Shown here piece after piece: positions 48,404-57,407 of a stretch of DNA of 64,000 bases. Position 1 is the stretch's first letter. Each line of letters starts with the position of its first letter. The stretch lies in the NCBI GenBank assembly GCA_024236095.1, contig JACKLD010000013.1, positions 142,368 to 206,367 on the forward strand. Direction: 5' to 3'. The notes below the pieces were generated by a model. The model did not search any database. It saw only the letters and a program-made list of their open reading frames with translations, and was not told the origin of the DNA. The position numbers and the translations under genes are program-made. The stretch comes from Pseudomonadaceae bacterium (GTDB taxonomy: Bacteria; Pseudomonadota; Alphaproteobacteria; UBA2136; UBA6156).

Positions 48404-49273
48404 ATGACCCGTAGCGCCATGCCCGCCGAGACAACCCCCGACATGCAAGAACTGGCACAGCGCAGCACGGTGGATTTGCGCTTGGTCAACGCCATGGCGG
48501 GGGAGCGCGAAATGAACGCCCGCGAGCAGCAGATGGTCGATAAACTCAAGTCCGAGCGCGGCGAAGGGCTGTTCTCCGACATGCTCTACACGCTGACCCG
48601 CCGCAATTTCCCCAGCCGTCAGGCCAAAACCCTGTGGGCGGATATCACCGGCCACCGTGTCAACCTGAAAAAGCTGCTGGGCCGCGACCCCGGCCTGTCG
48701 TTGGCGGCGCACGACTACCTCACCAATGTGTCGGGCCTGATGCGCAACGTCGGCATGATCGAGGAAGGCAAATTCAACCTGCTGGCCACCGTGGCGGTGC
48801 ACGACGGCCTGACCGGCCTGTACGATAAAACCACCTTCGCCCAAATGTTGAAAGACGAGCTGGAACGCGCCCTGCGTTATGGCCGTCCGCTGACGCTCAT
48901 CATGGCCGACATCGACCACTTCAAGCACCTCAACGACACTTACGGCCATGCCGATGGCGACGTGGTGCTGGCGCAGGTGGCCGACATCATCCGCAAACAT
49001 TGCCGCAGCACCGATGTGGCGGGCCGCTTCGGCGGTGAGGAGTTCGCCGTGTTGCTGCCGGAATCCACGCCGGAAACCGGCCGCATTTTTGCCGAGCGCG
49101 TGCGCGTCTCGGTGGAAAGCCACTTCGCCGATACCCCCTACAAAACCACCCTTAGCCTCGGCGTGGCGGGGGCGCAAACCGGCGACGATGCCACCACCCT
49201 CACCAAACGCGCCGACGCTGCGCTGTATGAGGCAAAAAATGGTGGGCGCAACCGTGTTTGTGGCGGTGCGTGA
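48404..49273 (+). CDS. Diguanylate cyclase (intact GGEEF)
   Basis: LTGLYDKTTFAQMLKDELERA...DIDHFKHLNDTYGHADGDVVL...RFGGEEFAVLLPES; ATG 48404 inside listed ORF 48323..49273. Confidence 0.88.
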   Translation: MTRSAMPAETTPDMQELAQRSTVDLRLVNAMAGEREMNAREQQMVDKLKSERGEGLFSDMLYTLTRRNFPSRQAKTLWADITGHRVNLKKLLGRDPGLSLAAHDYLTNVSGLMRNVGMIEEGKFNLLATVAVHDGLTGLYDKTTFAQMLKDELERALRYGRPLTLIMADIDHFKHLNDTYGHADGDVVLAQVADIIRKHCRSTDVAGRFGGEEFAVLLPESTPETGRIFAERVRVSVESHFADTPYKTTLSLGVAGAQTGDDATTLTKRADAALYEAKNGGRNRVCGGA

Positions 49274-49276
49274 CGT

Positions 49277-51058
49277 TTACCCAACTCTCCCATCCACCAC
49301 CTGAAAGTCTACCCGCTCGTTCCCCATGAAGGTGTTGATGCGCAAGTGACCGGCCAGTGTGAGGGCGTTGGCCTGTTTGGAAGTTAACGCCGGCCCCAGC
49401 GGCGTGTTCATCGCGCCAAAGGCGATGGCATCCAGCTGGCTGCCATCGGCGCCCGCCAGCCGCAGCTTCAGGTGCTCTTGTGTCTTCCCCACCGGTTTGG
49501 CATAGGCCACCTGCACTTTGGAAAGCGCCAGCAACGGTTCCGGATTGCCATTGCCGAACGGCTCCAGCCGGGTGAACAGCCGTGCCAGCTCCACCGTGCA
49601 ACTGGCAGGAATCACTTCGGATTCCAGCGTCAAGGTGGGGGCCAGATGGGTGGCCAGCGGCACTGCCGCATCATAATCGGGCCGTGCCGTGACCTGCCCC
49701 AACACATGGGCGTTCAGCGCCGCACGCAGGGCATCCAGCTTGGCTGCGTCCAGCGTCAACCCCGCTGCCATGGCGTGGCCGCCGCCGCTGACCAGCAGCG
49801 CTTGCGCCGCACCCACCGCCGCGCCCAAATCAATCCCCTCCACGCTACGCCCGCTGCCTTTCAGCGTGCCGCCCTCGCCACCGCCCAGAATGAAAGTGGG
49901 CCGCCCCGTGCGTTCCTTCACCCGGCTGGCCGCCAACCCCACCACGCCCGGGTGCCATGCTGGGTTGGCCAGCACCAGCAGCGCGGTGGTGTCGTCCACC
50001 ATTGCTTCCGCCATTGCCATCGCCTCCGCCACCGTGGCTTGCTCCAGTTCACGGCGCTCGTGGTTCAGCGCATCCAGCTGCCGTGCCAGCGGCAACGCCG
50101 TGCTGTCGTCATCGGCCAGCAGCAGCTCCACCGCCGCCAGCGCGCTTTCCAGCCGCCCTGCCGCGTTCAGTCGTGGCCCAAGCGCAAAGCCAAACGTGCT
50201 GGCGGAAAGGTTGTCTTTCACGCCGGCCACCTCGGCCAACGTCGCCAACCCCCGATGCCGCCATGTGCCCAACTGTTGCAAGCCTTTGGCCACCAGAATG
50301 CGGTTGGCGGCGGTCAGCGGCATCACGTCGCACACCGTGGCCAGCGCCACCAAATCCAGCCATTGGCCCAGCTTGGGCTCGGGCCGTGTGGCACTGAAGA
50401 ACCCCCGTTCCCGCAGGTACCTGTTCAGCGCCATCAGCAGGTAAAACGCCACACCGGTGCCGCACAAACCTTGCAGATCGGAAGTGTCATCTGCCCGGTT
50501 GGGATCGACCAACGCCACGGCAGGCGGCAACGGCCCGTGGGGCGGGTGATGGTCGGTCACCACCACGTCCATGCCCAGCCGTTGCGCTTCTTCCAGCGCG
50601 GTTTGGGCGGCGATACCGGTATCCACCGTCATCACCAGCTGCACCCCTTTGCCGTGCAACACTTGCATTGCGGCGGGCGAGGGGCCGTAGCCTTCGGTTA
50701 ACCTGTCGGGCACATAGCGCAGCGGCTCCACCCCCAGCGCACGGAAATACCGTGTCATCAACGCCGTGGCGGCGGTACCGTCCACGTCATAGTCACCGAA
50801 CACCGCGATGCGTTCGCTGTTCTCCAGCGCCGCCGCCACCCGTGCCACGGCAACATCGATGTCTTTCAGGGTCGCGGGGTCGGGCAGGGCACCCAGGTTG
50901 GGAGATAAAAACGCCTCGGCCTGTTCAATCGCGTCATACCCACGTCCGGCCAGAATGTTGGCAACCACCGGGTGCAGCCCGCTGACCTGCGCCAGCGCCG
51001 CGCCCGCCCGCTGGTGGCCGTTTGCCATACGCCATTTTTTGCCGGTCAAACTCAACAT
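49277..51058 (-). CDS. recJ: Single-stranded-DNA-specific exonuclease RecJ
   Basis: DHH motifs (IAVFGDYDVDGTAATAL...VVTDHHPP) and DHHA1. Confidence 0.92.
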   Translation of the reverse strand: MLSLTGKKWRMANGHQRAGAALAQVSGLHPVVANILAGRGYDAIEQAEAFLSPNLGALPDPATLKDIDVAVARVAAALENSERIAVFGDYDVDGTAATALMTRYFRALGVEPLRYVPDRLTEGYGPSPAAMQVLHGKGVQLVMTVDTGIAAQTALEEAQRLGMDVVVTDHHPPHGPLPPAVALVDPNRADDTSDLQGLCGTGVAFYLLMALNRYLRERGFFSATRPEPKLGQWLDLVALATVCDVMPLTAANRILVAKGLQQLGTWRHRGLATLAEVAGVKDNLSASTFGFALGPRLNAAGRLESALAAVELLLADDDSTALPLARQLDALNHERRELEQATVAEAMAMAEAMVDDTTALLVLANPAWHPGVVGLAASRVKERTGRPTFILGGGEGGTLKGSGRSVEGIDLGAAVGAAQALLVSGGGHAMAAGLTLDAAKLDALRAALNAHVLGQVTARPDYDAAVPLATHLAPTLTLESEVIPASCTVELARLFTRLEPFGNGNPEPLLALSKVQVAYAKPVGKTQEHLKLRLAGADGSQLDAIAFGAMNTPLGPALTSKQANALTLAGHLRINTFMGNERVDFQVVDGRVG

Positions 51059-51113
51059 GAGCGCCACTCTAACAAAAAACCGCCCCGGTGGGGCGGTTTT
51101 TGCCAAAGGAAAA

Positions 51114-51521
51114 TCACTTGGTTGAAGTCGAGGAGGTTTTGAGGTTCTCGGCCACGACCTTGCCGATGATCTCGGTAGCCTTCACCTGGCATTGCTGCAA
51201 GGTCTTGGCCAGTTGCTGGGCGTTGCTGGAGGCGTTTTCGCTGGCCTTTTTGCTCCAGCTGGCCTGCTTGCTCATCAATTCTTCCAGACCTTGTGCCTTG
51301 CTCATGTCTTGCATGCAGGCCGCGCTGCTTTCCATCATTTGCTTGGCCATGTCCATTTGCTGTTGGTAGCAGTCGCTGCAGGCTTGGGTGTAAAGGGTTG
51401 CCAGCTTTTGGTACACCTCGGCGTTTTGGCTCCATTGCTGCTGGCTCCAGAACGATTGCATCATCTGCATGGTGGCTTGCGGGTTGAACATGTCTTGCAT
51501 GTTTTGGAACATGGCGGGCAT
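51114..51521 (-). CDS. Phasin-family (PHA granule-associated) protein candidate
   Basis: Q/M/A-rich helical 135 aa (MPAMFQNMQDMFNPQATMQMMQSFWSQQQ...); RBS agaagg; family call by composition only. Confidence 0.5.
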   Translation of the reverse strand: MPAMFQNMQDMFNPQATMQMMQSFWSQQQWSQNAEVYQKLATLYTQACSDCYQQQMDMAKQMMESSAACMQDMSKAQGLEELMSKQASWSKKASENASSNAQQLAKTLQQCQVKATEIIGKVVAENLKTSSTSTK

Positions 51522-51603
51522 CCTTCTGTTATTGGCTGTTGCAACACATCGTTGCGCAGGGGGCAAAGGTTGTCAAATCAAATTGTGCGCCGCACAAAAT
51601 TTT

Positions 51604-52998
51604 TCAATCCCCCTGTTTTATGCTGGCCGCCTTCACCCGGCTGTTGCCGAAGACGTTGTTGTTCACCGGCGGCGCGGCAGGTTTGGAGCTGCCCGCCTGG
51701 ATGATTTTTTTCTCGATTTGCTGCACGTTGCTGGCGTATTTGGCCTCGGGCTTTTCAATCAGGTTGACGTTGTCGGCATAGCTGGCCTCGGGCTGTTCCA
51801 CCAGTTGGGTGGCGCTGGAGAGCAGGGGCTCCTTCCAGGCCAAACTTGGCGGGTGGCCCACCTTGTGCCAGTTACCGGTGGCAAAGCGGTCGGGACGGAA
51901 GGGCTGCATGTTGACCGCCGGTTGCTTGCCTTGCACCAAATCAGCCAGTACCCGTGCCGCACCGGCGGCAAAAGCGTAGCTGCGGGCACCAAAGCCGGTG
52001 GCGATGTACAAACCTTTCATCCCCTCCCAAGTGCCCAGTGCCGGGCGGAAATCCGGTGTTACCGCCGCCGTGCTGACACTGACCTGCTGCACCGTGGCAT
52101 TGGCCAGATGGGGCAGCAGCTCTCCCACATGTTGGGCCAACGCCTTTACGATCCGCTCGTCGGCATGGCCGCTGAAAGTGGCCTGCGTGGGGTCCATGAT
52201 GCCATCATACGCCAGCATCACCGGTCCTTCGCGGGTGCGCTTCAGCCACAAATGGCCGCGCCGCAGGCGGTGCATCAGCATCGGGAAGCCGATGCCCTCG
52301 GCGCTTTCCAAGGTAACCAGGTGGGTGCGCGCCGGACGGATGGGCAGGCGCGGCCCCACCGTTTTCAACATGCTGCCTGCCAAGGTGCCTACCGTAATCA
52401 GCGTGTGGGCGGCAAGGCAGGTCTCGCCGCTGGCCACCCGTACGCCGGTGAAGGTGTCGCCTTCGCTCAACAGTTCCACCACGGAATCCTGTCCCCAAAT
52501 CCGCACGCCCTTGGTGGTGAGTTCGCGGCGCAGGGTTTCCAGTGCGGTGTGGGTGGAAAGCACCGGTGCGTCGGCCCACCATTTGCCGCCGCGCACGCTT
52601 TCGGCCAGCGGGGTGTCGGCATGGGTGGCGGCTCCGGCAGCGTCTACCCATTGCGAGATGATCTTGCGGGGGCTCTCGCCCTGCACTTCGGCGGCCAGCA
52701 TGGTGGCGCGTCCGGCGCTGCTGGCGATATCAAGCAGACCGCGTTCGGCCAGCCCCACATCCACCCCGTAGCGTTTGCCGACATCTTGCCAGCAGCGCAG
52801 GGAATAATCGTACAGGCTGTCCAGCAGCGCGTCGCCGCCGATTGGCGCCATCTCGCCCACATGGGTGCGGATGGGCCCCGAAAAATCCTTGTCCACCAGC
52901 CGTACGGTCAGCCCGGCCTCCACCAGCTCGCGGGCGGCCAGCAGGCCCACGATGCCGCCACCCAGCACCAACGCGTCGACGGTATCGGCCTGAGTCAT
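51604..52998 (-). CDS. FAD-dependent oxidoreductase (DAO/glycine-oxidase-like) with repetitive C-terminal extension
   Basis: N-terminal Rossmann DALVLGGGIVGLLAARELVEAGLTVRLVDK. Confidence 0.85.
   Translation of the reverse strand: MTQADTVDALVLGGGIVGLLAARELVEAGLTVRLVDKDFSGPIRTHVGEMAPIGGDALLDSLYDYSLRCWQDVGKRYGVDVGLAERGLLDIASSAGRATMLAAEVQGESPRKIISQWVDAAGAATHADTPLAESVRGGKWWADAPVLSTHTALETLRRELTTKGVRIWGQDSVVELLSEGDTFTGVRVASGETCLAAHTLITVGTLAGSMLKTVGPRLPIRPARTHLVTLESAEGIGFPMLMHRLRRGHLWLKRTREGPVMLAYDGIMDPTQATFSGHADERIVKALAQHVGELLPHLANATVQQVSVSTAAVTPDFRPALGTWEGMKGLYIATGFGARSYAFAAGAARVLADLVQGKQPAVNMQPFRPDRFATGNWHKVGHPPSLAWKEPLLSSATQLVEQPEASYADNVNLIEKPEAKYASNVQQIEKKIIQAGSSKPAAPPVNNNVFGNSRVKAASIKQGD
51729..51812. 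repeat. Imperfect 42-bp tandem duplication within the 3' end of the oxidoreductase gene (encodes EQPEASYADNVNLI / EKPEAKYASNVQQI)
   Basis: Read directly on the plus strand. Confidence 0.6.
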
Positions 52999-53070
52999 GG
53001 GGCAGGTTGCTTTCTTTTGCCGCCAGAATAGCTTGACACGGCCGCGCCATCAAGGTGACTGTGCGGCACA

Positions 53071-53997
53071 ATGCACCAAGCTGCGCCATCTTGTCACGTT
53101 GCCACCCGCCGCCTGCCGGGGGCGCCGTTGCGGGCGGCACTGGCTGCGCAGGTGCCCGCCGCCGTGGCGGCACTTCCGGCGCCGCCCAAGCTGGTGGTGG
53201 TGCGGGTGGGCGACGATCCCGCCAGCAAAGCCTTTGTCGGACATAAGCTGAAGTTGTGTGCCGGTGTGGGGCTTCCCGCCGAAGAGCTTCACCTGCGCGC
53301 CGACGAGGCCGAAGCCACCCTGCATGCCACCCTGCGCGCCTTGGCCGATGATGACGCGGTGCAGGCCGTTATCCTGCAGTTGCCGTTGCCGGCGGGATGG
53401 CAGGTGGACGCGGCGCTCAACCTGATTCCGCCCCACAAGGATTGCGATGGCCTTACCGCCGCCAATATCGCCGCACGGCAGGCGGGGCACCCGCATATCG
53501 CTCCGGCCACCCCATTGGGGGTGATGCGTTTGCTGGCGTCCATCCCCTACGATGTACGTGGCAAGCACGTAGCGGTTATTGGCAAGGGACGCGTCGCGGG
53601 CCAGCCCATGCGCGAGATGCTGGAGGCCGCAGGCGCCACGGTTACTGCCATTGACCGCGATACGCCGACACCTGCCACGTTGACATCGGTGTGCGATGTG
53701 GTCATCGCCGCTGCCGGAGTGCCGCATCTGGTGAACGAGAACTGGCTGAAACCCGGTGCCCTCGTGGTGGATATCGGTCTCACCCGCGTGGAAGGCAATG
53801 GCCAGACCCGTCTGCTGGGCGATGTGGACGCCATGAAGGTCGAGGGGGTGGCCGCGTACCTGACTCCGGTGCCGGGCGGCGTGGGGCCGCTGACCGTGGC
53901 CAGCTTGCTGACCAACGTGGTGGACTGTGCCCGCCTGCAAGCCGGATTGCCGCCATTTGCATGGCAGGTTCCGTTGCTTGACAGCTCTGCCGTGTAG
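53071..53997 (+). CDS. folD: Bifunctional methylenetetrahydrofolate dehydrogenase/cyclohydrolase FolD
   Basis: LVVVRVGDDPASKAFV...DGLTAANIA...VIGKGRVAGQPM...TPVPGGVGPLTVA. Confidence 0.92.
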   Translation: MHQAAPSCHVATRRLPGAPLRAALAAQVPAAVAALPAPPKLVVVRVGDDPASKAFVGHKLKLCAGVGLPAEELHLRADEAEATLHATLRALADDDAVQAVILQLPLPAGWQVDAALNLIPPHKDCDGLTAANIAARQAGHPHIAPATPLGVMRLLASIPYDVRGKHVAVIGKGRVAGQPMREMLEAAGATVTAIDRDTPTPATLTSVCDVVIAAAGVPHLVNENWLKPGALVVDIGLTRVEGNGQTRLLGDVDAMKVEGVAAYLTPVPGGVGPLTVASLLTNVVDCARLQAGLPPFAWQVPLLDSSAV

Positions 53998-54013
53998 GCG
54001 CACCTTCTTGCCC

Positions 54014-54370
54014 ATGCGTATGCTGTTGTTGGTTCTATTACTGCTGTTGCCGCCGTTGGCGCAGGCGGTACCGTGCGTGATGACCCAACCCGCCGCCTAT
54101 CATGTTTCCGTGGCCAAACCTTGCGCCATGGCCATGCCTGCCGCGTCTGTCGCCAAACAGGCGATGAGCGTGGCCGAGTGCTTCAAGGCTCCGGCCACCG
54201 TGCCGCCGGCCCGTGCATTGCCGGTGTCGGCACCGTACGGTGTTGGGGCCATACCCATGCCGCCCGTTGTCGGCGCTGCATATCGCCTAACCCATGCCCA
54301 GCCACTGCGTCCGCCGCCGCTGGTATCGCCGCGACGCATGCTGGCCGACCAGCAGCGCTGGCTGATTTAG
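54014..54370 (+). CDS. Hypothetical secreted Met/Cys/Pro-rich protein (118 aa)
   Basis: Signal peptide MRMLLLVLLLLLPPLAQA; low-complexity mature part; ATG 54014 inside listed ORF 53927..54370. Confidence 0.35.
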   Translation: MRMLLLVLLLLLPPLAQAVPCVMTQPAAYHVSVAKPCAMAMPAASVAKQAMSVAECFKAPATVPPARALPVSAPYGVGAIPMPPVVGAAYRLTHAQPLRPPPLVSPRRMLADQQRWLI

Positions 54371-54449
54371 AGTTTCCCCGCCCCTGTTTTTTGCCTGCAC
54401 GGATAGGCCGTGCGGGTGTCATGATGATGACCAATGAAGGATAACCAAA

Positions 54450-54953
54450 ATGAATACTGCTAAACTCGCAACCTTGACCATTGCCACCTTGATGATGGCA
54501 GGCGTGGCTCATGCCGACCATATGGGCGACAAACCCTGCGACAAAATGCACGCAGGAAAACCCTGCCCGATGATGTTGCATCAGCAAGGCCATGGTGCCC
54601 ACGCGGGCCATGCCAAAGCCGGTGCGCTGAAGGGAGACAACGGCCCGTCCAGCCAAGCGTATGACCATGCCAACATGGTGATGCACCAGGGCATGGACAT
54701 CGTCTTTACCGGTGATGCCGATATCGACTTCCTGCGCGGCATGATCGCCCACCACCAAGGTGCGGTGGACATGGCCAAGGTACAGCTGCAATACGGCAAA
54801 AACGCACAGGTGAAGAAGCTCAGCCGTGAAATCATCCGCGCGCAAGAGCTGGAAATCAGCTGGATGAAGGGCTGGCTGGCCCAGCTGGAAGGCCGCCCGC
54901 ACACTGCCGACACCAAAACGTGGATTGGTGAAGACAGCATGCTTTACAAGTAG
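54450..54953 (+). CDS. DUF305-family periplasmic protein with His/Met-rich N-terminal stretch
   Basis: Signal peptide; HMGDKPCDKMHAGKPCPMMLHQQGHGAHAGHAKAG; DUF305 core DIDFLRGMIAHHQGAVDMAKVQL. Confidence 0.85.
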   Translation: MNTAKLATLTIATLMMAGVAHADHMGDKPCDKMHAGKPCPMMLHQQGHGAHAGHAKAGALKGDNGPSSQAYDHANMVMHQGMDIVFTGDADIDFLRGMIAHHQGAVDMAKVQLQYGKNAQVKKLSREIIRAQELEISWMKGWLAQLEGRPHTADTKTWIGEDSMLYK

Positions 54954-54966
54954 ATGCATGCTGCTC

Positions 54967-54999
54967 AAATAGCCCCCCGCAGGGGCTATTTTATTGTTT
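54967..54999 (+). terminator. Intrinsic terminator after the DUF305 gene (aaatagcccc ccgca ggggctattt tattgttt)
   Basis: 9-bp stem plus a T-rich tail. Confidence 0.6.
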
Positions 55000-55100
55000 G
55001 TTCGGTTTACTTATTGTTTCTTGATGCTTCGGGTGTTAAGTAAGGATGTACGCATGTAGGATACCCTGTATGCTGCGAATATAAATAAGGAGCAAAACCC

Positions 55101-55418
55101 ATGAAATCCGTTATTACCTTGGCGCTGCTCGGCGTGGTGGTTGCCACTGCCGCCTGTACCGCCCACAAGCCTTACCCTGACGTGCGCTACAAGACATGTC
55201 CGTTCGCCGGTGTGGAAATCATCGACCAGCGCGAGTGCTTGGCGATTGACAGCATCCACAACATCAGCCCGGACATCGGCCAGAAAGTGGACATGAACAA
55301 GGTCGACAACCGCAAGACCTACATCCACCGCAAGGCGCACTACCAGTGCAAGTTCGGCGGTACCAACCCGCACCACCACAACGGCATCGTCTACCACTCT
55401 TCTTGCTACGCCAAGTAA
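55101..55418 (+). CDS. Small Cys/His-rich lipoprotein, paralog B
   Basis: Signal peptide plus VATAAC; KTCPFAGVEIIDQRECLAIDSIHNI...HYQCKFGGTNPHHHNGIVYHSSCY; RBS aaggag. Confidence 0.65.
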   Translation: MKSVITLALLGVVVATAACTAHKPYPDVRYKTCPFAGVEIIDQRECLAIDSIHNISPDIGQKVDMNKVDNRKTYIHRKAHYQCKFGGTNPHHHNGIVYHSSCYAK

Positions 55419-55434
55419 GGGTGATGCCTACTGA

Positions 55435-55460
55435 CACAACGGCCCTGCGGGGCCGTTGTG
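55435..55460. terminator. Hairpin between the convergent lipoprotein B and P-loop genes (cacaacggccc tgcg gggccgttgtg)
   Basis: 11-bp stem; same core as the rpmG terminator. Confidence 0.5.
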
Positions 55461-57407
55461 TTATTCCTTCTTGCCAAGGCCGATCATCGCCACCCCGGCA
55501 AACCCTGCCAGTGCCAGCGTAAGCCCGATGGCCTGCCCCATGTTTTGGCTCATGGTGATGATCGCCCCGATGCCGCCAATCAGCCCCAACGGCAGCAAGA
55601 CGGCGAAGATCTGTTGGAGGCCGAAGCCTTCATCAAGCATCTGCAAGCCGCCGAACTTTGCAGGGTCTTGCTTCTTGGCCTGTTGCAGGGCGCGCTTTTG
55701 CATGGCGGCGATGCCGTGGGCCGGGTCGTCCATCAGCCTGTAGCTTCCCTCAAAGGCCGCCAAGATCTCCTGCACGGTGCTGAAGCCGCCGTTGCTGGCG
55801 GTCTGGGCAATCAGCGGGCTGTACAGAACGTTGGTCTGTCCGCCACGCCCCCATGCCTGGTACAGGCTGCCCAACACGTTGCTGCGCGGCATGAACTTCA
55901 GGCGCGGCTGGTTGCTGCCGGTGCCCGCAGCCAACAGGTGTTCAAGGCTCCAGCGTACAAACCACGGTTGCAGTTTGTCCCACAGGTCGGGGCGGATGCG
56001 CGCCTGCTCTTCTTCTTGTAAAACGGTCAGAAGACTATCGCACAGCGGCAAAAGCTGGGCATCGGCCACCACCTCGTCGGCAGGGAATGCCTGTGGTTGT
56101 CGCCGCTCGCGCAGCGGCGTCAACGTCACCGCCCACAGCCGCCAATAACTCATGCCGCTGTTGCCGAACAGGTGGCTGAGTTCCGGGTCGGGGTAACTTC
56201 CGGCACGCCAATACTGGGCATTCAGCGAGATGTTTAGCAAAATCTGGTCGAATGACGGTTTTGGTGCCCCTTCCGCCAATGTGTTCATATAGCGGCTGCG
56301 CACCAGCCATGGCATCTGGCTGGTTTTGACCGGCAATTGCGCCAGCTTGGGCGAAATCTCTTCGTATGTGGCATAGGCCCCGGCCAGCAAGCTCTCCATC
56401 TCGCTGACATGGGGCAGGGGTTCCTTGCGGTGCAGGCTGTCTTCCAGAATGCGCGGCCGCAGCAATCCCGCATAAATCGCGGCACCGCCCACAACGTCCA
56501 TCATCATGGTTTTCAGTTGCAACAGGTCGTCTTCTTGCCAGTGCTTGGGGTCGATCGCCGCCATTTGGGCCCAGGCCTTCAGGGGCATGCCGTGGTAGGC
56601 GGTCAGTCCTTCTTCGTTTTGCAGCAGGTTGACATGCAGCAACCCTGCATCGCGTATCCACATCATGGCGCGACCGCCGTCATGCTGGGCCTCGGTGGCC
56701 ACGCCATGGTAGCGGAAGTAAATCATGGTCGCCAAATCGTGCTTGTCGTTGGCGATCATCGCCTTTTGCGCATAATCACGGGCGTCGGGCAACACCTCGT
56801 TGTGGCCAAGACTCACCATGAAGTATTGGAACTGGCTCAATAAAAACAGCAGTGCATTGTTGTTGGGCTCGTTGCGCAGGGTGTTTTTCAGAATGGTATG
56901 AACATCGGTGTAGCGCTGCTCCAAGAAGGCCTTGTAGGCGTTTTTCAGTTTCAGCAGGGTGGTTTTTCCGGGGCCGGCCATCATCACGGCCTCGTCGCCG
57001 ATACGGCTGATTTCATGCTCGACCAACCCTGCAAAGTGCTGGCTCGGAGGTGCCAGCGCGGCGGCCTCGGCCGATGGGGCCGGTTGTATCAAAACGCGGG
57101 CAATGGCTTGTCCCAGCGCGGCGGCATAGCCGTTGCCCACTTGCGGGGCGGCAGGTGCCACGGTTGCAGCCTCGTCCGGCAGGCCGAACTCGGCAATGCG
57201 GCGGTAGGCGGTACGGTCGGCCTCGGCAGCCTGCTTGAGCAAAACCATGATCGCCTGTACATCGGCGGCCAGTTGCAGGCTGCGCAGGGTTCCCTGCGGG
57301 GCGTCGTCATCGCGCCTGCGCCGGATGTTGGACGTACGTGCATGCTTGGCTTGCTCGTCCAGTTTTCCGCGCAACTCCAGAATACCCTGCACCAGCCGAC
57401 GGCTCAT
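55461..57407 (-). CDS. Uncharacterized 648-aa protein with a Walker-A-like motif (AGPGKTTLL) and a C-terminal double transmembrane anchor
   Basis: Long ORF; start overlaps the stop of the upstream DsbA-like gene (ATGA); C-terminal IFAVLLPLGLIGGIGAIITM...IGLTLALAGFAGVAMIGL; no Walker B recognised. Confidence 0.7.
   Translation of the reverse strand: MSRRLVQGILELRGKLDEQAKHARTSNIRRRRDDDAPQGTLRSLQLAADVQAIMVLLKQAAEADRTAYRRIAEFGLPDEAATVAPAAPQVGNGYAAALGQAIARVLIQPAPSAEAAALAPPSQHFAGLVEHEISRIGDEAVMMAGPGKTTLLKLKNAYKAFLEQRYTDVHTILKNTLRNEPNNNALLFLLSQFQYFMVSLGHNEVLPDARDYAQKAMIANDKHDLATMIYFRYHGVATEAQHDGGRAMMWIRDAGLLHVNLLQNEEGLTAYHGMPLKAWAQMAAIDPKHWQEDDLLQLKTMMMDVVGGAAIYAGLLRPRILEDSLHRKEPLPHVSEMESLLAGAYATYEEISPKLAQLPVKTSQMPWLVRSRYMNTLAEGAPKPSFDQILLNISLNAQYWRAGSYPDPELSHLFGNSGMSYWRLWAVTLTPLRERRQPQAFPADEVVADAQLLPLCDSLLTVLQEEEQARIRPDLWDKLQPWFVRWSLEHLLAAGTGSNQPRLKFMPRSNVLGSLYQAWGRGGQTNVLYSPLIAQTASNGGFSTVQEILAAFEGSYRLMDDPAHGIAAMQKRALQQAKKQDPAKFGGLQMLDEGFGLQQIFAVLLPLGLIGGIGAIITMSQNMGQAIGLTLALAGFAGVAMIGLGKKE

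Noticed and set aside
49472-54015. Long ORFs 49472..50701(+), 51469..53031(+), 53050..54015(-)
   Set aside because: Antisense of recJ, the FAD oxidoreductase and folD.
55461-57407. Calling the 648-aa protein an ATPase/GTPase
   Set aside because: Only a Walker-A-like string is present. No Walker B, DxxG or Arg-finger context could be identified by eye, so it is reported as uncharacterized.
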